DNA of 64,000 nt from contig OZ316891.1 in assembly GCA_973895155.1 (NCBI GenBank), positions 2,161,324-2,225,323 of the forward strand, written 5' to 3'. The position numbers were made by a program, and so were the translations under genes. Of this stretch, positions 39,254-52,463 are shown piece by piece. Every line of letters starts with the position of its first letter. Position 1 is the first letter of the stretch. Source of the DNA: Marsupella aquatica (lineage: Eukaryota; Plantae; Marchantiophyta). The notes under the pieces are model-generated. The model searched no databases, had not been told where the DNA came from, and saw only the letters and a program-made list of their open reading frames with translations.

Positions 39254-40913
39254 AGTCTAGTAGGTCACGTCGAATGGATGAAACCTTTGGGTAGATCTTA
39301 TCGAGGGATCCGTGGTTCTCAGCCAAATCCAAGTCCGCGCGAAATTCAGCTGCCAGTGGGTCAGTTTTGGTGTCAGATGATGCCTTCGGTCTGGGGCGCT
39401 TACGAATGGTTACATTCCCCCAGTCCAACAAGATGCTGATAGCGGTGGGAGTCACTGTAAGTGGTGCTTCAATTACTGTGGGATTTTCTTCCACTCCTGT
39501 CTCCACTAAGGGATTGATTGACACTTCTAAAGGAATGGAAAGGGCTGGTACCTCTACTGGTGGTTTCGGGGCCCACACTTTCTTCGGCGGCCTTCGGGGG
39601 TTGCTCTTTGGAAGTTTGGGCTTGGTGCTGCCAGATGAGGGTGTCGAAGTGTCGGTTGAGGCATAGGCCGGACCTGTGTTGCCCTTGCCAACCCCTCCCT
39701 ACCTGGAGTGGCTCACAGTGGTCCTAATTTGACCTCCTGATGGAGCAATAGACGTCGGTGCCCATTTGAATTCTTGCTCTGATTTAGATGTTAGTCTCTT
39801 CCGATGCTTTTTGTTGGTGTAGGTGTCGTCCCGGGTGTCGTGTGCCTTGGATGTAGCTCGGTGTGATGATGAGGTCGTCCTCAGCTCCCCTTGTGTGCCC
39901 TGCTCCTCCGACAAGTCCTTTGAACATTTTGCCAAATGTTGCAGATCCTCTACTTCCCTCTGTTGTTGCTCCTCGGCTCTCGCTTGCCAATAGTCAGCTT
40001 CTTCTTGTGCGCAACGAGCCTCAACTTGGTATTTATGGAAGACCTCGTGATCCAGCCGTTGTTTCTTCACGACGGATGTGAGGGCCGGGTAATGATCAGC
40101 TCCACCAGGGACGTCAGAGAAGAATGCTTGATTACGTAGTGCTTGGGGCCTCGGCTGTATGCAGCTAGACGCCAGATGTCTGTAGGAGAAGCAAAAACAG
40201 CAGCGTAGATTCCGACCAATATAATCAAAGTGAATGGTAGTGACTCTTTGACCACTCAGGCGGAAATTACCTTGCGCCGAGAACACCTTCAGCGTGGATT
40301 CCACAATTGCTGAGATGTGATGTTTTTTAGTGCCCGGTGCCAGCTTCGCGCGTACAAAAGTTCCCACAAGAGCAGTCACGAATCGAATGTATTCATAAGT
40401 GTCTGGGCTGCCAAGCTTGATGTATAGAGTGGCCAGATGTTTGAAATCCACTTGGTTGCAGGGATCAAAAAAGGGAGTGTAATCGTTGACCAACGCAAAA
40501 CGATCCAGTGCCTTGAGAGGTGATGTTTTCAGGAGATTCGCCTTGATGTCATCCCCTGAGTTAGTATCAAATTGCACCACAAATAGCGCATTTGGCAATT
40601 CATCATGTAATGCCAGTTTCGTGTCATTCTCCTGGTTGTAAGCTGAAATCCAGTCCCTAGCCTTGCAAGAATCGAATTCCGATTCGAAACCCAGCACCAC
40701 CTTGTTGCCAAAGATTCTTCGGCTACCGGATTGGAGGATCTCCTTTGGGATGTAGTGTATCACGTTGTTTTCCATTGTGGGATTCACATTCAGTCTTTCC
40801 TTGCCCTTCCGTAGCTGGTCACCGGAGGACGCAGAGATCCTGACATTGCGTGTGGAGGTTGTCGATTTGGCTGATGTTGAGCCCGTATTTCTGATTGAAC
40901 GCTCACTAGCCAT
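39090..40913 (-). pseudogene. LINE ORF1 (gag-like, zinc knuckle)
   Basis: ORF 39699..40913 has CX2CX4HX4C (CCFCFSYRHLASSC) and probably continues in 39090..39578 after a lesion; lies upstream of the EN domain. Confidence 0.75.
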
Positions 40914-41799
40914 GTGGTGTGGACGTGTAACGAAGGACCTAGTGAGACGTTTGGAGGCGATGGCGTGACTGGAGCAACAGAGTTGTATGTGTAGTGTGAG
41001 CTTGATGATACAACTCAGAATGAGACTTCCACGGGTGGTTCAAACACAGCAGCTTCAGTTGATCGAGAATTTTCAGATTAATATTCTGTCTCCTCCAACT
41101 GGGTGCCCAACATTGACAAAAAAGCCACCTGTGGGAAGCGGGTGCAAGCCATGATGGGTACAGCAGTCACAGAGTGTCGCCTTGGTCGAAGTGTGGTGGA
41201 AGGATTGATAGACGATCAGCGTCTCAGGTTGATGGTGACTGACAGAACCTGATGTTTGAGAAGCGAAAACGCAACATCCATTCAAATAGGGCCAAAAACC
41301 TTAGTAAAACATTGAGTTTGTAGTATGCGGGGTTTACTGAACGTTGCACTGCTAAGAGTCGCAGGGTGTGTAATTTTCCAGATTACCCTACTTACTCTCA
41401 AATAGCTATTAATATAAGACAAACTGCCTGGGTAATCCCAAAGGAGCGGTTGGGGACGCCCAGGACCTATTTTGGCACAAAAGGCCAGAGAATTTTGAAA
41501 AAAATATCGTGAACGGTCTGGCAGCCTGTCAGATGGGTAAAAGTCCCCCAGCATTCACTCTTTCTCCCCTGTAGAAAAAGCTATCGCAAGGGGACGTAAC
41601 AACTCTCACTCCCCCCTCTGTCCCCCTTCTGTCCTCCCTTCGTGAACTACGGAGCGCTACATCGCTCCCGCTCTGTCTCTGTCTAGCTATAGTAACTAGG
41701 ACTTGATCTTCGATTCTTCGGTACAATACAGTACGTATGTGCGGATGCTTTTGCTATTAGAGCTCATGGTGAGTGGCATTGAAGAGAACTAGATTTAAA

Positions 41800-42083
41800 C
41801 TCGGAGGTCTCACTATATGGGGACCTCCCCATCACCTGCAATGTTTTTGGGTCTCGGACCCCCTAAAATGTAAGAAAAAAAGTTTATTTTTTAACCCCTA
41901 TAAAGATGGAATTCCAAAAATTGGATTAAAAAGACCCTAATATTCTTATAAGTCTCAAAATTGAATAAAAAAGACCCTATTTTTCTTCTGCAAATTTTTT
42001 TAAGTCTTCTCTCAGAACCAATAAAATGACCCTATCCTTCGTTGCACGTGATATGCCATTTTTGTGGAAGTGAAACCCCTGAG
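41800..42083 (+). mobile_element. MITE, copy 1 (284 bp, 8-bp TSD)
   Basis: Imperfect TIRs CTCGGAGGTCTCACT...AGTGAAACCCCTGAG; exact TSD GATTTAAA at 41792-41799 and 42084-42091; homologous to 61963-62292. Confidence 0.85.
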
Positions 42084-43887
42084 GATTTAAAGTGAAATTG
42101 TGTCATGATGCACTATCAATCTCTTTCTCAAAACTATAGTCTATACCATGACACTATTTGCTGAGTTTGTTTCACCAAGTAAAGGGAAAGGAAAACTTTT
42201 AATGGGAGGGAATAGTCAAACTCTTGGATATGGAAATAGTTGTTGAGCAAATGACATCTCTTCAAAGACATCATGTACAATCATGATTGTGCAATATCCA
42301 ATGAAGAGATACGTCATTTAGCTCTCTAGTGGCTACTTCCACGAGAGAGCTTTCTTGAGCTTTGAGCTCATGCATTGCCCATGCAAATTAATCCATGGAC
42401 CCCATGTTATTTTAGAGGCAGTTATCTAGAAACTGAAGCCCAGATGGACCTCCAAGTTGAAAGAAAAATAAATTCAAAAATGGACAAGTCAATGCTTGAC
42501 ACTTGAAACAGTTGCCAAACTTACCAAGCCAACCATAATTAACATCAATCACAAAATCAGTTACAATGTGAACTACTGTTTAATTAATGTGTGGGTAGCT
42601 TAATTGCCCACTTCAGCAAAACGGTGCTCGACGGTTTCCTCCATGGTATTGAAGGGATGTCGGATGCACTCAAGTTGCATCAAAAGTAATCACTTTTCAA
42701 TTCCTACACGCAGAGAGACGAAGAGAGAGAAATCATCAGTGTCATCAAATCACTCACTTCACAAAATTGTTTGAAACAAAAAGTTTCATGGAACAAATCT
42801 CCAATTGTAAAATTTGGAATTGATCAAAAGCTAAACAAATTTAGAAACTGATGACCACTTTAGTACTTGATAGAATCTCTCAATGCCACACTCATTGGAA
42901 AGCTAGAGAAGATTGGAAACTCATAATCTCCTTGGAACTCAACTAAATCTATCTATGTTAATTTCATTAAAAAGCTAAAAAAATTCTAAAACTCATAATC
43001 TCCTTAGTACTCGATAAAATCTGTCAATTTTAGATTTATTCTCATGGAAGGGATCAACATTTCAAGGATTGTGCAACAAAGATTTCTATTCATGTTAGAG
43101 ATTATAAAATCCCGGGTACTATATATTTTTCAAATTACTTACTCAATTCTTATCGAACAGTAACAATCCTGAGCTCATTAGGACCGATCACCCTATTCAT
43201 TAAAACTGGAATTTCTCTAGTCCAGAAGTTGACCTTCAAATTTCTTATTTTACCCCCAAAAGTTCTATAACTTGTTCCCCAAAAACATACATTTTAGTGG
43301 CCAAATATACACTTTTTGAGGTCTAAAATTATAATTCTAATGCCCAAATTATTAATTAAATAATTCAGTTATCAATTATAAATATTTATTAATTAAAAGA
43401 TAATAAAGTGTTCTTATTATATATAATATAAACAATGAAAAAATAGAATAAGACAATATAATAAATTCAAATGACCCGTGATAACCAAGTTACACAAACA
43501 CGAAAGGTAAACCGGTAATGTATTATAAAAGTAAAAAACCTATTTTTATAGGGTCGAGACCACGTCTGCCCCAATGCAGGCTCTAGATGGTTTTGACCGG
43601 TTGTTGAATGTATATCAATTACTATGTAAAAATCTATGTCAAGATTATCTCGACCCAAATGTAGGGTCCACATAATTTTGACCCGTTGTTGAATCTATAT
43701 CTCTAGCTATTCCCTTTGTATAGGGTCAAGACCCAATAACCTTTTTCTGAGAACATATCTACAAGTAAAAGAGGATCAACAACATCTAGACTCAAATGGA
43801 TAGTACGCATAGCTTCACTTTTTTTTGAGTAAGAATATGTATACCTACAACTCACATTGTAACTGTTCAGTGTAGGGTCGAGATAAT

Positions 43888-44945
43888 CTAGACCCAAATC
43901 TCATGCTCCTCCACCCCGCAGAATTCATTTGAGCAAGTAAATCTAGACCCTGACGGGTCATATTTCATATCGCGATTGCAAAAATCGAGAGGCTTCCTAT
44001 TCCAGAACTTCATGGTGAGGTCCCTACACCTCAAGACTTCCAAAACAAATCCCCGATGATTGTCTCTATAGGGTCCTGTGTACTGATATCCAATTAACGT
44101 CTTTGCAAGGTCGTTGATCGCCTCCTCCGTCAATTCCTCCATTGGTGGTAATTGTTGCACTTCATTCTTGACATCCCAAGGAATTTCGTCCGCTGTGACA
44201 TCCAAGACTGTATGGATAACCGAATGAACCCATACCATACTACCCCACCGCTCCGTCAACAACGCATAAATGGCAGCTTGTTGATCTCTGTCCGCTAAAA
44301 TATTTATCATAGACCACTTTGGATGATTGATAAAAAGGTAGTGCTGAAGATTGAAGGCATGATACAATTTCCTGAGCAGAGGCCATAGTATTTCTGGAAA
44401 GAATGTATCATCCGTGGAGTGATGCAAAAATGAGGAAGGAAACAACCCACAATTCTCTGGATTTGCAAATGCCTTCATTGGAGTGTCATCAAGAAGGAGT
44501 GTATTAGTTTCGTTGTATAATCCACCATAACGTTTTCAAACCACCCTCAAATCCTTCAAATGAATATTTGCCTTCCCATCGGTAATGTCAGGCCTCTGGA
44601 TTCCAATATCGAATGTATCTTCTTGTGTGAGAATAAACTTGAATTGCTCTCGCTCTTCTTGACTAAAGATCAAATGAATCATTTCATCCGTCCTGGGTTT
44701 CCTTGCACAAGTCCAAATGGCAACATCAAATAACGAAAAAGCTACGATTAAGAACTCGTGAAGATGGGGTCGCTCAACATACATAAAGTTAAACCCTCCA
44801 CGTCTCCCCCAATGGACACCCTTGACACTTGTTGCACTACAGCGTGGTCCGGAACTTGGCGTTTTGACAGAATCCCAACACATTTTGTTGAGGACAAGAA
44901 TCAATAGCTTCCGTCTGATCGGACCGTGAAGTGGAGGCAAGGGTC
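43888..44945 (-). pseudogene. FCP1/NIF (HAD-fold CTD-phosphatase-like) domain; last exon of the cargo gene
   Basis: RKLLILVLN, ERPHLHEFL..AFSLFDVAIWT, HLKDLRVV*KRY, NTLLLDDTPMKAFANPEN. ORFs 44536..44940 and 43888..44478 share one frame with a single TGA. Phase-1 intron 44946-45050 (GTATGA...TTTGCAG) links it upstream. Confidence 0.8.
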
Positions 44946-46466
44946 CTGCAAAGAAGGAACTCCAATGTTAGAATTGTGGGAGATAAAACAAAGGAATGCT
45001 TGAGATGATCTCGAGCATCACAAGTGAATGAACAACAGTCAACGTCATACCTATTGTTGGTTGAAGGTCAGTAGTTGAAGAAATCTCAAGGCATCTTTGG
45101 AGATTATTGTCGACGCACTCCACAACTGGTAAGGGCCCGCCTATTTCTGTGAAGGTAGACATAATCATTTAGACGGTTGAATTTCAGGACTGTTCAAACT
45201 AACTTGGGTTTCAACCTCACGTGCTGAAAGACCCAAATTCATCTAGAAGGTTATCTCCTAGTTGGTTTTGGATGTCCAAATTTATCCCTCCGGGAAGGGT
45301 CTCAACAAGAGCTGGCTCAGACCAAACTGACAATAATTTGAACTTATCCTTCCTATACTTTCTAGGTCGAATAACCTTCTCAGACTGCTCTATAGAGACT
45401 TGTTGACCTTTTGACGGTCCATCAGTCCAAACATAATGAGTAGCACTTGCTTTGAGTGATTTGTAACCAGTTCTACCAATTTCAGTCCCCGGTTTCCTAA
45501 CAAAAGGGAGAATTACGGGGCTTCCAGTAGAAGAATCTGTGAAAACAAGCTTATTCTCTGAAGCGCAAAACATTTGGTCCAAGGGAGAGGACGATGCACC
45601 TGCCTCATCCTGAGGGGGAGTATGGCAGCCACTAGCTTTCTTAGTAGAGAAAATCTCATCCAATTGAGGAGGGCTTGGAATTGGTTGGCTAATTGCATCG
45701 TGCAAGGTGGATTCCTAGCCAACATCCAAGGTTGAAGACTGTTGTTCACGTTGTGCATCCCCAAGGTCACCCGATGAAGGAACACCTGGAACGTCGAGAT
45801 CATCTCGAGCATCATTTCCAAATTCAGGCAGTATTTCACCCTCCTCTTCCATGTAGCTTGTGATTTTTGGGCCCTCCGTTTTGCGATGCTCTAAATTCTC
45901 CGCAAATACTTCCTCATAAACACTGGCTTCCACTGGAGCTATGTCTAAGGCCGCCTCTTCTATTACAACGAGGGGACCGGCAGTAATTTCCTCAGATGGT
46001 AACGGCTCCTTGGGTGGCACATATAAAACCTGCTTGTTGTCATGAAGGAGCTGAGCAAAGGCTTCTGTGAATTCCATCTCTTGAGCTGTGTCCGAATACA
46101 CAAAACAATCCCGACCAAGAATGACACAAGCTTTCAATCTCTGTCCTCCAGAGAAGAAATCCAACACTGTATGACCTGGGCACGAGAAATAATCAACAAG
46201 ACGCTTTGTCATTCGCAAAGGCTTTGCTCTCGCATTTACAAAGCCACCACACCGACCGACCATCTCATAGGATGGGGCCATCTTCTTCAAAACTTTGACA
46301 TCAACAGTGGATTCATCAAGCTTCTCTTTCCCCTTTGATTGGTCTTTGTTGTTCCCAGTAGGGGCCTTCAAAGGCAAGACTGTGAAGTCTTTGTCCCACT
46401 TCTCACTGTAGTTCCAAAACGCATAAAAGTCATCAAAGAAAATTTGGGACCAGTCTGGTTCCTCTT

Positions 46467-49400
46467 TGTCGCACCCCTACCCTGGGCCTTAAATCCGGGT
46501 TAGTGTTGTGGTGCGACCTCGACCACCAGTAGGGGTGAGGGTTCGGGCAAGGAGGTGTGTAGTGACCTTCAATAGCCCTAAGTTGGGCTAAGCCGCTATA
46601 CTTACTGGTATAACACTCGCATAATTCGTACTTGACATAGGTATATTTATTTTCCACCGCTGGAATTTTCCCTCAGTTAGTGACGCGGACTAACTCCCGA
46701 CTTGGGGCTTTTCAAGCCATCGACGTGACAGGACCTTGTGACATGCAATGAGTGGAAATCCCTACCATTAGTCCGCACCCGGTACATCCCTTAAAATGGC
46801 GCCTTTGCCCGGACAAAGCATACACACAACACCAGTTACTCTCAGAAACATTAGGGGGAAAAGACTACATTTACTCAGCGAAGCATCAGTTTACATGGTT
46901 GACTCGACTTCAAAGGGGGTCAGCAGGCCCAACGGCAGTCGATGCCCAGTCTCTACGAGGCCCTGCCTCGCACTTGCCCAGCAAGCTCGACTCTGGCTCT
47001 CACTCCTTGGTACGCTCTGACCCTACTCAGGCCGGGACTCCCCGTGCCTCGCCTTTCTTCTGCTGAGATAACTAAGCCTTCTCCCCCTTCCCATCGTGGA
47101 AGGGGAAGCCTAAATACTACCATAGCGGAAGAGAACCGGAGGATACTACCTTCCGGGGCACTACCTACTGACTAACTAACTGCTGACTACTGGTCGCGCT
47201 GCACTGACCGGTTGACCGTCGACTACGAGTGTGCCAACCGGAATGGCAGCGGCCAAGCCTACTGACAAACTCTAGTCCGTTGATGGACTCCATCCTACGT
47301 TGGCTGATCCTAACTGATCGGCCCTAATTCTTCCTACTGCCGCTAATCGGCGCCTAATGACAGTCATTCTGTCGTTACGCCTAACTAAAAGATGCCGCTG
47401 ACTTAACCGCCTCGCGCGACGCCTGCTTCTACCCTTCGCTAACTACCCCTTACGTGTGTGCAGTGGTTGGACCAGGGCTGGTCCCCTTGTCGGGGCGAGA
47501 CCTCGAGCCGCCTTGATCAGAGGTGGGCCCAGGTTTTCCCCGCTGGAGGACGAGCAGGGTGACGCGGTCCTGCAAAGCCTTGTTGTCCCGTAATGCTTCC
47601 TCCGCCTCGTTTGCAGCTTCATCGGCTTCAGTCTGGAGCCGCGCCACCTCCAAGTTGAGCTGGTCGATGGCGTCGCGATGGACCTGGTCCTGCGCTAGCA
47701 ATTTATCTCGTTTGGCGGAGAGACCAACCACCTGCTGTGCTGCCTGCAGGAATTGTTTGTTGAGGTCGGTCAGGCTGGTAACCCGAGCCGAAGATTTTGA
47801 GCGTAATTGAAGCATGGTGTCGTCCAGCTTCTTGAGTTTGGCCTGCGCTCCGCTTAACTCCTGGGTTAGTCCGTCCCTCTGTTCGACAGTGCGGACTAAA
47901 TCCTCGCGGCGGGTCGTTGCCTCCTCCTCGAGGTGCTCTACCAGCATCTGGAGACGCCCGATCTCATTCCCCTTCGCCATGAGTTCTTCCTCCAAGCGGC
48001 TGACGATCCGTGGTTGGTGCTCTAACATGAAGAAGGCTGGCTGAAAGTACGCCGAGACTTGTTGTCCGATGTATGTCGCCAACTCCCCAGACATAGTCTG
48101 GCTAAACTTCTGGACCAGGTCGTAGACCATGGTCCCCGGGGCTACTTGGTAGTCCTCCATCCTCTCGGGTACCGGTGGTTCCTCGGCAGGGGCAATGAGC
48201 TCCTCCGTAGTCAGTGCTGGGGAGGGGAAGGTTTCTTCAGGTGGTGGAGGGATTGGGGGTGGTTGTACTGCAGGTAGCGGAGGCTCAACGGAAGGAGGCG
48301 GTGGAATTTCCACAGGGGGCGGTTGCGGAGTATTAGTCGGGGCTTCCGGCTTGGGGTTTGTCCGAGGGACAGTAGTCCGCGTAGTCGGGGTTGCCTCCTC
48401 TTGGGCGGGGGTGACATTACCCGGGGCTGAGGTGGCCGTATTCTTTCCTCTGGCCTCCCGCCGTGCCTTGTACCAGGCGAGGATAATGGCGATATGACTT
48501 CCCAAGTAAGTCTTCCCTCCAATAGCCATACCACCCTGAGCCCGCTTCAGCTCCCTCGAGAATCTTTGGTAGAAGAATTGGGCCCAGTTTCGTCGTTTGT
48601 ACTGTTCCACCTGCACGATCGTGCAGAGGGAAATCTCAGATCGTGGCTCAATCATGTGTAGGGTAGTCCGTATGAAGTTAAGCCGCTCCATACAGGTTAA
48701 GTTGGTGCACGCCCCCTGCTTGTATCCGTTGTCCGTCTTACCCTCGGGTTTGAAGTGCGCGGCGTATACTTCTTATCCCGAATTCGGATTTCCACCGGCG
48801 CCGGTCTGGTTGGTAGGCCAAAAATTTGCGTTAACCGATGCTCTATGAGTGATAAGGTCTGCCCCGAAACCTTGGTGGTCGACGCATCAGTGTCGAAATT
48901 GGAGATGAACTCACAAATCTCCTTCGGCCCGGTGGCGCACGGCCTCCATAGTAAGTGGGCGAACCGCTCCAACTGATGCTCCTTGAGATAGTCCACATGT
49001 TCGAGTTTCTTGATCGCGATCCAGACTACCTCGGGGACGCGGATTACCTGTAATAAGTTGGACTTCGGGTTATCCGGGGGCCGTCGGGTCTGGTTGGTCG
49101 GGGGGTTTGCTGGGGCAGGTGCAGGCGCGGCGTCGGTCCGTGTTGATTCGGGGGCCATCGTAGTCCTTGACCGCTTACGAGGACGCTGTTCGAGTTGCGG
49201 ACTAGCTCGCTCGGAACCCGAAGAACACTCCGCGTTGATTACTGGACGAACTTGGGACTGGTTTGGCGGTACTCCGGTGGTCATCGGTTGAGGCGCTGGG
49301 GTAGCCATATCCCAGTTGAAGGCGTTGGAGCTTTCCCCGAGGAACGTGAGATTACGCGCCGCTTCCCGTTGTTTGCTGATGTCTTCTTGGCGCTTTTCGG

Positions 49401-50303
49401 CTGCGATCTGCTGGTCTAGGTACCCCGGAATCTTGTCGAACTCCGCTTGAGTAAGCCGCTGGTTGCCCTTCAGCTTAAAGAACTTAGCTGGAACCTCAAG
49501 AATCGCCTCTGCTACCGATCTAAGCCCTTCCTCGCTGAGATATAGTTCGGTGATGTAGTCTCGCAACTCGTTATAGCTAGAATCCCTGGTGATGGCTGTC
49601 CTTTCGCAATTAACCAGTGCTACCTTGGTTACCAGCTTCGCGTACCTTCGTTCGTAAGCGGCTTTCTCGGGGCAAGAGTACCAGTAAGTCTCGGAGAACT
49701 TAGCACCTACCTCGCCAAACAAGGTCCAAAATCCCAAGGCTGTGAGGGTCATACTAACCTCGTAGTCCGGTTTGTTGCGTCCACTTTCCCACCTGGCTGG
49801 TCCTTTTTCGCGGAGGCCTCGCTCGTCCTGACTAAATCTGGCCACATTCCGCTCTTCTCCCTCGATAATTTCCTCGTAAAGGTCGACTGGATTCAATCAA
49901 AAAGGCGAGCGGATGGCAGCGTCCGTGAATTCCAAAAAGGTAAACATGAGTGAATGGCCCACAGTGCCATCGGCTCCTCTCTTATGGGGGTGCCAGGATG
50001 AGCCCGAGCGTGAGAAGGTCAGGCCGTTTGGTCATTGATAACGAGTTGAAGTCGGCGCCTCGGTCCAAGCGTGATTCTTCTAACTGATTTTTACTCCGCT
50101 GCCGCCACCATACCTCGGTCGTGCGTAATAATCCCTTTCCTGAACTCGTAATTATTCGGTTATCTTAACCTACTCCTAATCTAATCATAATGGCAACTTG
50201 GCGGCTATACGTGCTATTCTACGCTATGGCTACGGTCCTAATGACCGTATAAGTCCTAATCTTCGACCTGGGTTTGGTCAAGTGACACGTTACCCGTGTC
50301 ACA
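46467..50303. mobile_element. LTR-retrotransposon-derived insertion (solo-LTR-like, 3837 bp)
   Basis: Ends TGTCGCAC...GTGTCACA (TG..CA); exact 5-bp TSD CTCTT at 46462-46466 and 50304-50308; no second LTR copy and no gag/pol seen. Confidence 0.85.
47450..49896 (-). pseudogene. Retrotransposon extra ORF (~810 aa, one frameshift near 48770)
   Basis: ORFs 48697..49896 and 47450..48691. EICEFISNFD..TKVSGQTLSL..LTQIFGLP and NWAQFFYQRF resemble Gypsy accessory/plant-mobile-domain-type ORFs, followed by Pro-rich and coiled-coil regions. Confidence 0.65.
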
Positions 50304-51081
50304 CTCTTCACAACAAATTCCCCCAAAGATGATTGAGTCTCGGGCTCCAATGAGAAAATCTCCCTCCTCCTTGGGCAGCTGATCACGGTAGTAGCTCCCG
50401 TACTCCAGCTTCGTGTGGAATTTCTTCTCACGACGAATCTTTTCAAAGGCACTATGAATCTGGCCTATCAATGGGCCTTGACGGACAAAAAAGATTACTA
50501 AGAGCTCCGTCGAGTTCGCCATCTGCAAACAATACTCCAGCAAGACAAATTTTTTGGCATCTGTCCATTGCCGTTGTCGAAGACGACCAAAATCGACAAT
50601 GGAGAGTGGGCACGTCCTTTGCACCGAGTCAACAATCTCAGGCTTCATTGTCCTCATCAAATTATTGCTAAAAAATGTGCGATAAAGAGTATCCTCCATT
50701 GAAGGCAACCCGCCAAATACCTTGCAATATATCTGCTCAAGCCTAACAATGAGACTTTGCGGAAATGGGTCTTTTGGCTTATTTCTTTTTAGGAGGTTGG
50801 AAATCCAAACCTCTCTAGCAAGTTGTCTAAGTTTTGGCAACTCACCACGATCCATAAATGCAGGCAAAAATTGAGTTAGCTCAAACCAAGTGAGTGAATT
50901 GGCAAACCGATCCGGATACTTCAAAATGAAGTACTCCACAATTTTTGCCCTCAGCTTGGTCATGACTTTGAAAGTATGAGCCATATCACTCATTGATTGA
51001 ACATCAGATTTGTTGGCTGGGTCTTTCTTCAATAAAACCTTCTGTTGTTGAACGGTAGTAAAAACTTTCAGAATGTCATCA

Positions 51082-52463
51082 CTACTCGATCAGGTCTCCT
51101 TCAAAGCATCTAAACAATGCCGGCGTAATCATTTTTGTTGTCCGGGATTTCCCATTTATTTTTGAACCTAACTCCCCTAGACCATCCGGAAGAAGTCCCT
51201 TGACCCAATCGATGCACATTTGTCTCCAAGTTCGGAAGAGGTTCTCATCCGAAAACAACAACCAAAAAATATTCCTCAGATCGGATTTTCCAGTTGTTAT
51301 TTTGGCAAGGGCCATAAAATCCTGATCCAAACAATACAAAGAAAATCTGAGGCTCAAGACAATCTCGAGGTAGAATTAAGGAACTATGGTAAAATTTATG
51401 GGAGAATACATGAAGATAAATCAAATACAGAAACTTGACCTCGAGGCTCGAGACAATCTTGAGCTAGAAGTGGATTTGAGTTTGAATTTACCTGGAACTT
51501 TTGATGATCCGTTAGTCTATTGGACCCAATCACGGGTCTCTCCGGACGGCCACACTCGTCAAACTATCGACGGGCATGGACCATAGTATCAAGAAAACAG
51601 GACTCATACTCCATGGTCTTATTAACAATATTTGCCCTTTGTGAGTGTTGAGCAAGTATTGTTCTTGGAGTTCTGTCCGAAAGAATTTGTGACTTTTGAT
51701 ATTGCAGACTCTTTGCGACCTCCTTCAACTTTGCATCGCTCTTAGCCCAACCTATGATCCAAACAGCTGCCTTTGCCGAGTGTTGTCCACTGATTGCAAG
51801 GAACTGCACCTTCTTATTCTTAATACCCCACTCAAACTTCTTTCGATCCTCAGTAGTATTCTCATAATGGAGCAACTGCAAACTCTCTCTTGAATACGGA
51901 ATTAAATCCGCCACAGCTGGTACCATTCCAGGGTTTCTAACCATGGATTTTGTGACCTCCATGGCATGGTCTTTATTGAACATCCTATATACCAAAACTG
52001 CAGACGACGAATCTATACTAGTGATAGGAATGTCAAAAGTTTCATTCATGCCAAATGTGTAATACTCCTCAATCTCCTTAAGAACTTCGGCTCCTTCCTT
52101 AACGCTCTTTTCTCCCGGAGCATCTCCTGGAGTGCCATCATCATCAGTATGTGCATTCACACCCGAGGAAGATGCCGGAATGAGATCTACCTTGGGCGGC
52201 GCGAACTTTTTTTGAGGTGGAGCCTTCTTCGCTTTGCTTTCGGGTTTCTCATCTCTCTTCCTCTTTTGAGACACCTTTGCTTCCTTTTTGTCCAAACCGG
52301 ACGTCTTGTCTCCCGCAACTACAGATTTCAATTTACCTGTTTGTCTCCGATGAGACAGCACCCACTTTTTACAAGCATCCTCATCAAATTCTCTGGCTCC
52401 AAACACAAAATCAAGGGATATGGATTCAAACTCCCCCAATTTGGATTCCGACATTAGTCTCAA
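51082..52463 (-). pseudogene. ParB/Srx-like N-terminal domain of the cargo gene
   Basis: DIPITSID...YRMFNKDHAMEVTKSMVRNPG...FLAISGQHSAKA...AQHSQRAN follows the ParB pattern (ipi..I / R..f...l.el..Si...G / y.ii.G..R..A / ...EN). TAG at 51564-51566; phase-0 intron 51322-51491 (GTAAAT...GATCAG). Confidence 0.6.

Larger units (their letters stand above)
34607..41735 (-). mobile_element. Full-length, decayed L1-clade LINE retrotransposon (~7.1 kb)
   Basis: Poly(A) tail on - (T-run 34607-34627). TSD TATGTGAGGATGC (34594-34606) / TATGTGCGGATGC (41736-41748). ORF1 and ORF2 lie inside. Confidence 0.9.
45715..51032 (-). pseudogene. N6-adenine/N4-cytosine DNA methyltransferase-fold domain (beta-class order), split by the LTR insertion
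   Basis: KPLRMTKRLVDYFSCPGHTVLDFFSGG..KACVILGR matches the N6_N4_Mtase C-terminal pattern (KP..L..RLI...S.PGD.VLDPF.GSG). The upstream half has CPLSIVDFG at the expected DPPY position. Removing 46467-50303 plus one TSD restores the frame GGICCEEEPDWSQIFF. Confidence 0.7.

Noticed and set aside
45715-52463. Bacterial contamination or prophage explaining the ParB and MTase domains
   Set aside because: Spliceosomal introns, a plant LTR insertion with TSD and continuity with plant genes indicate nuclear residence.
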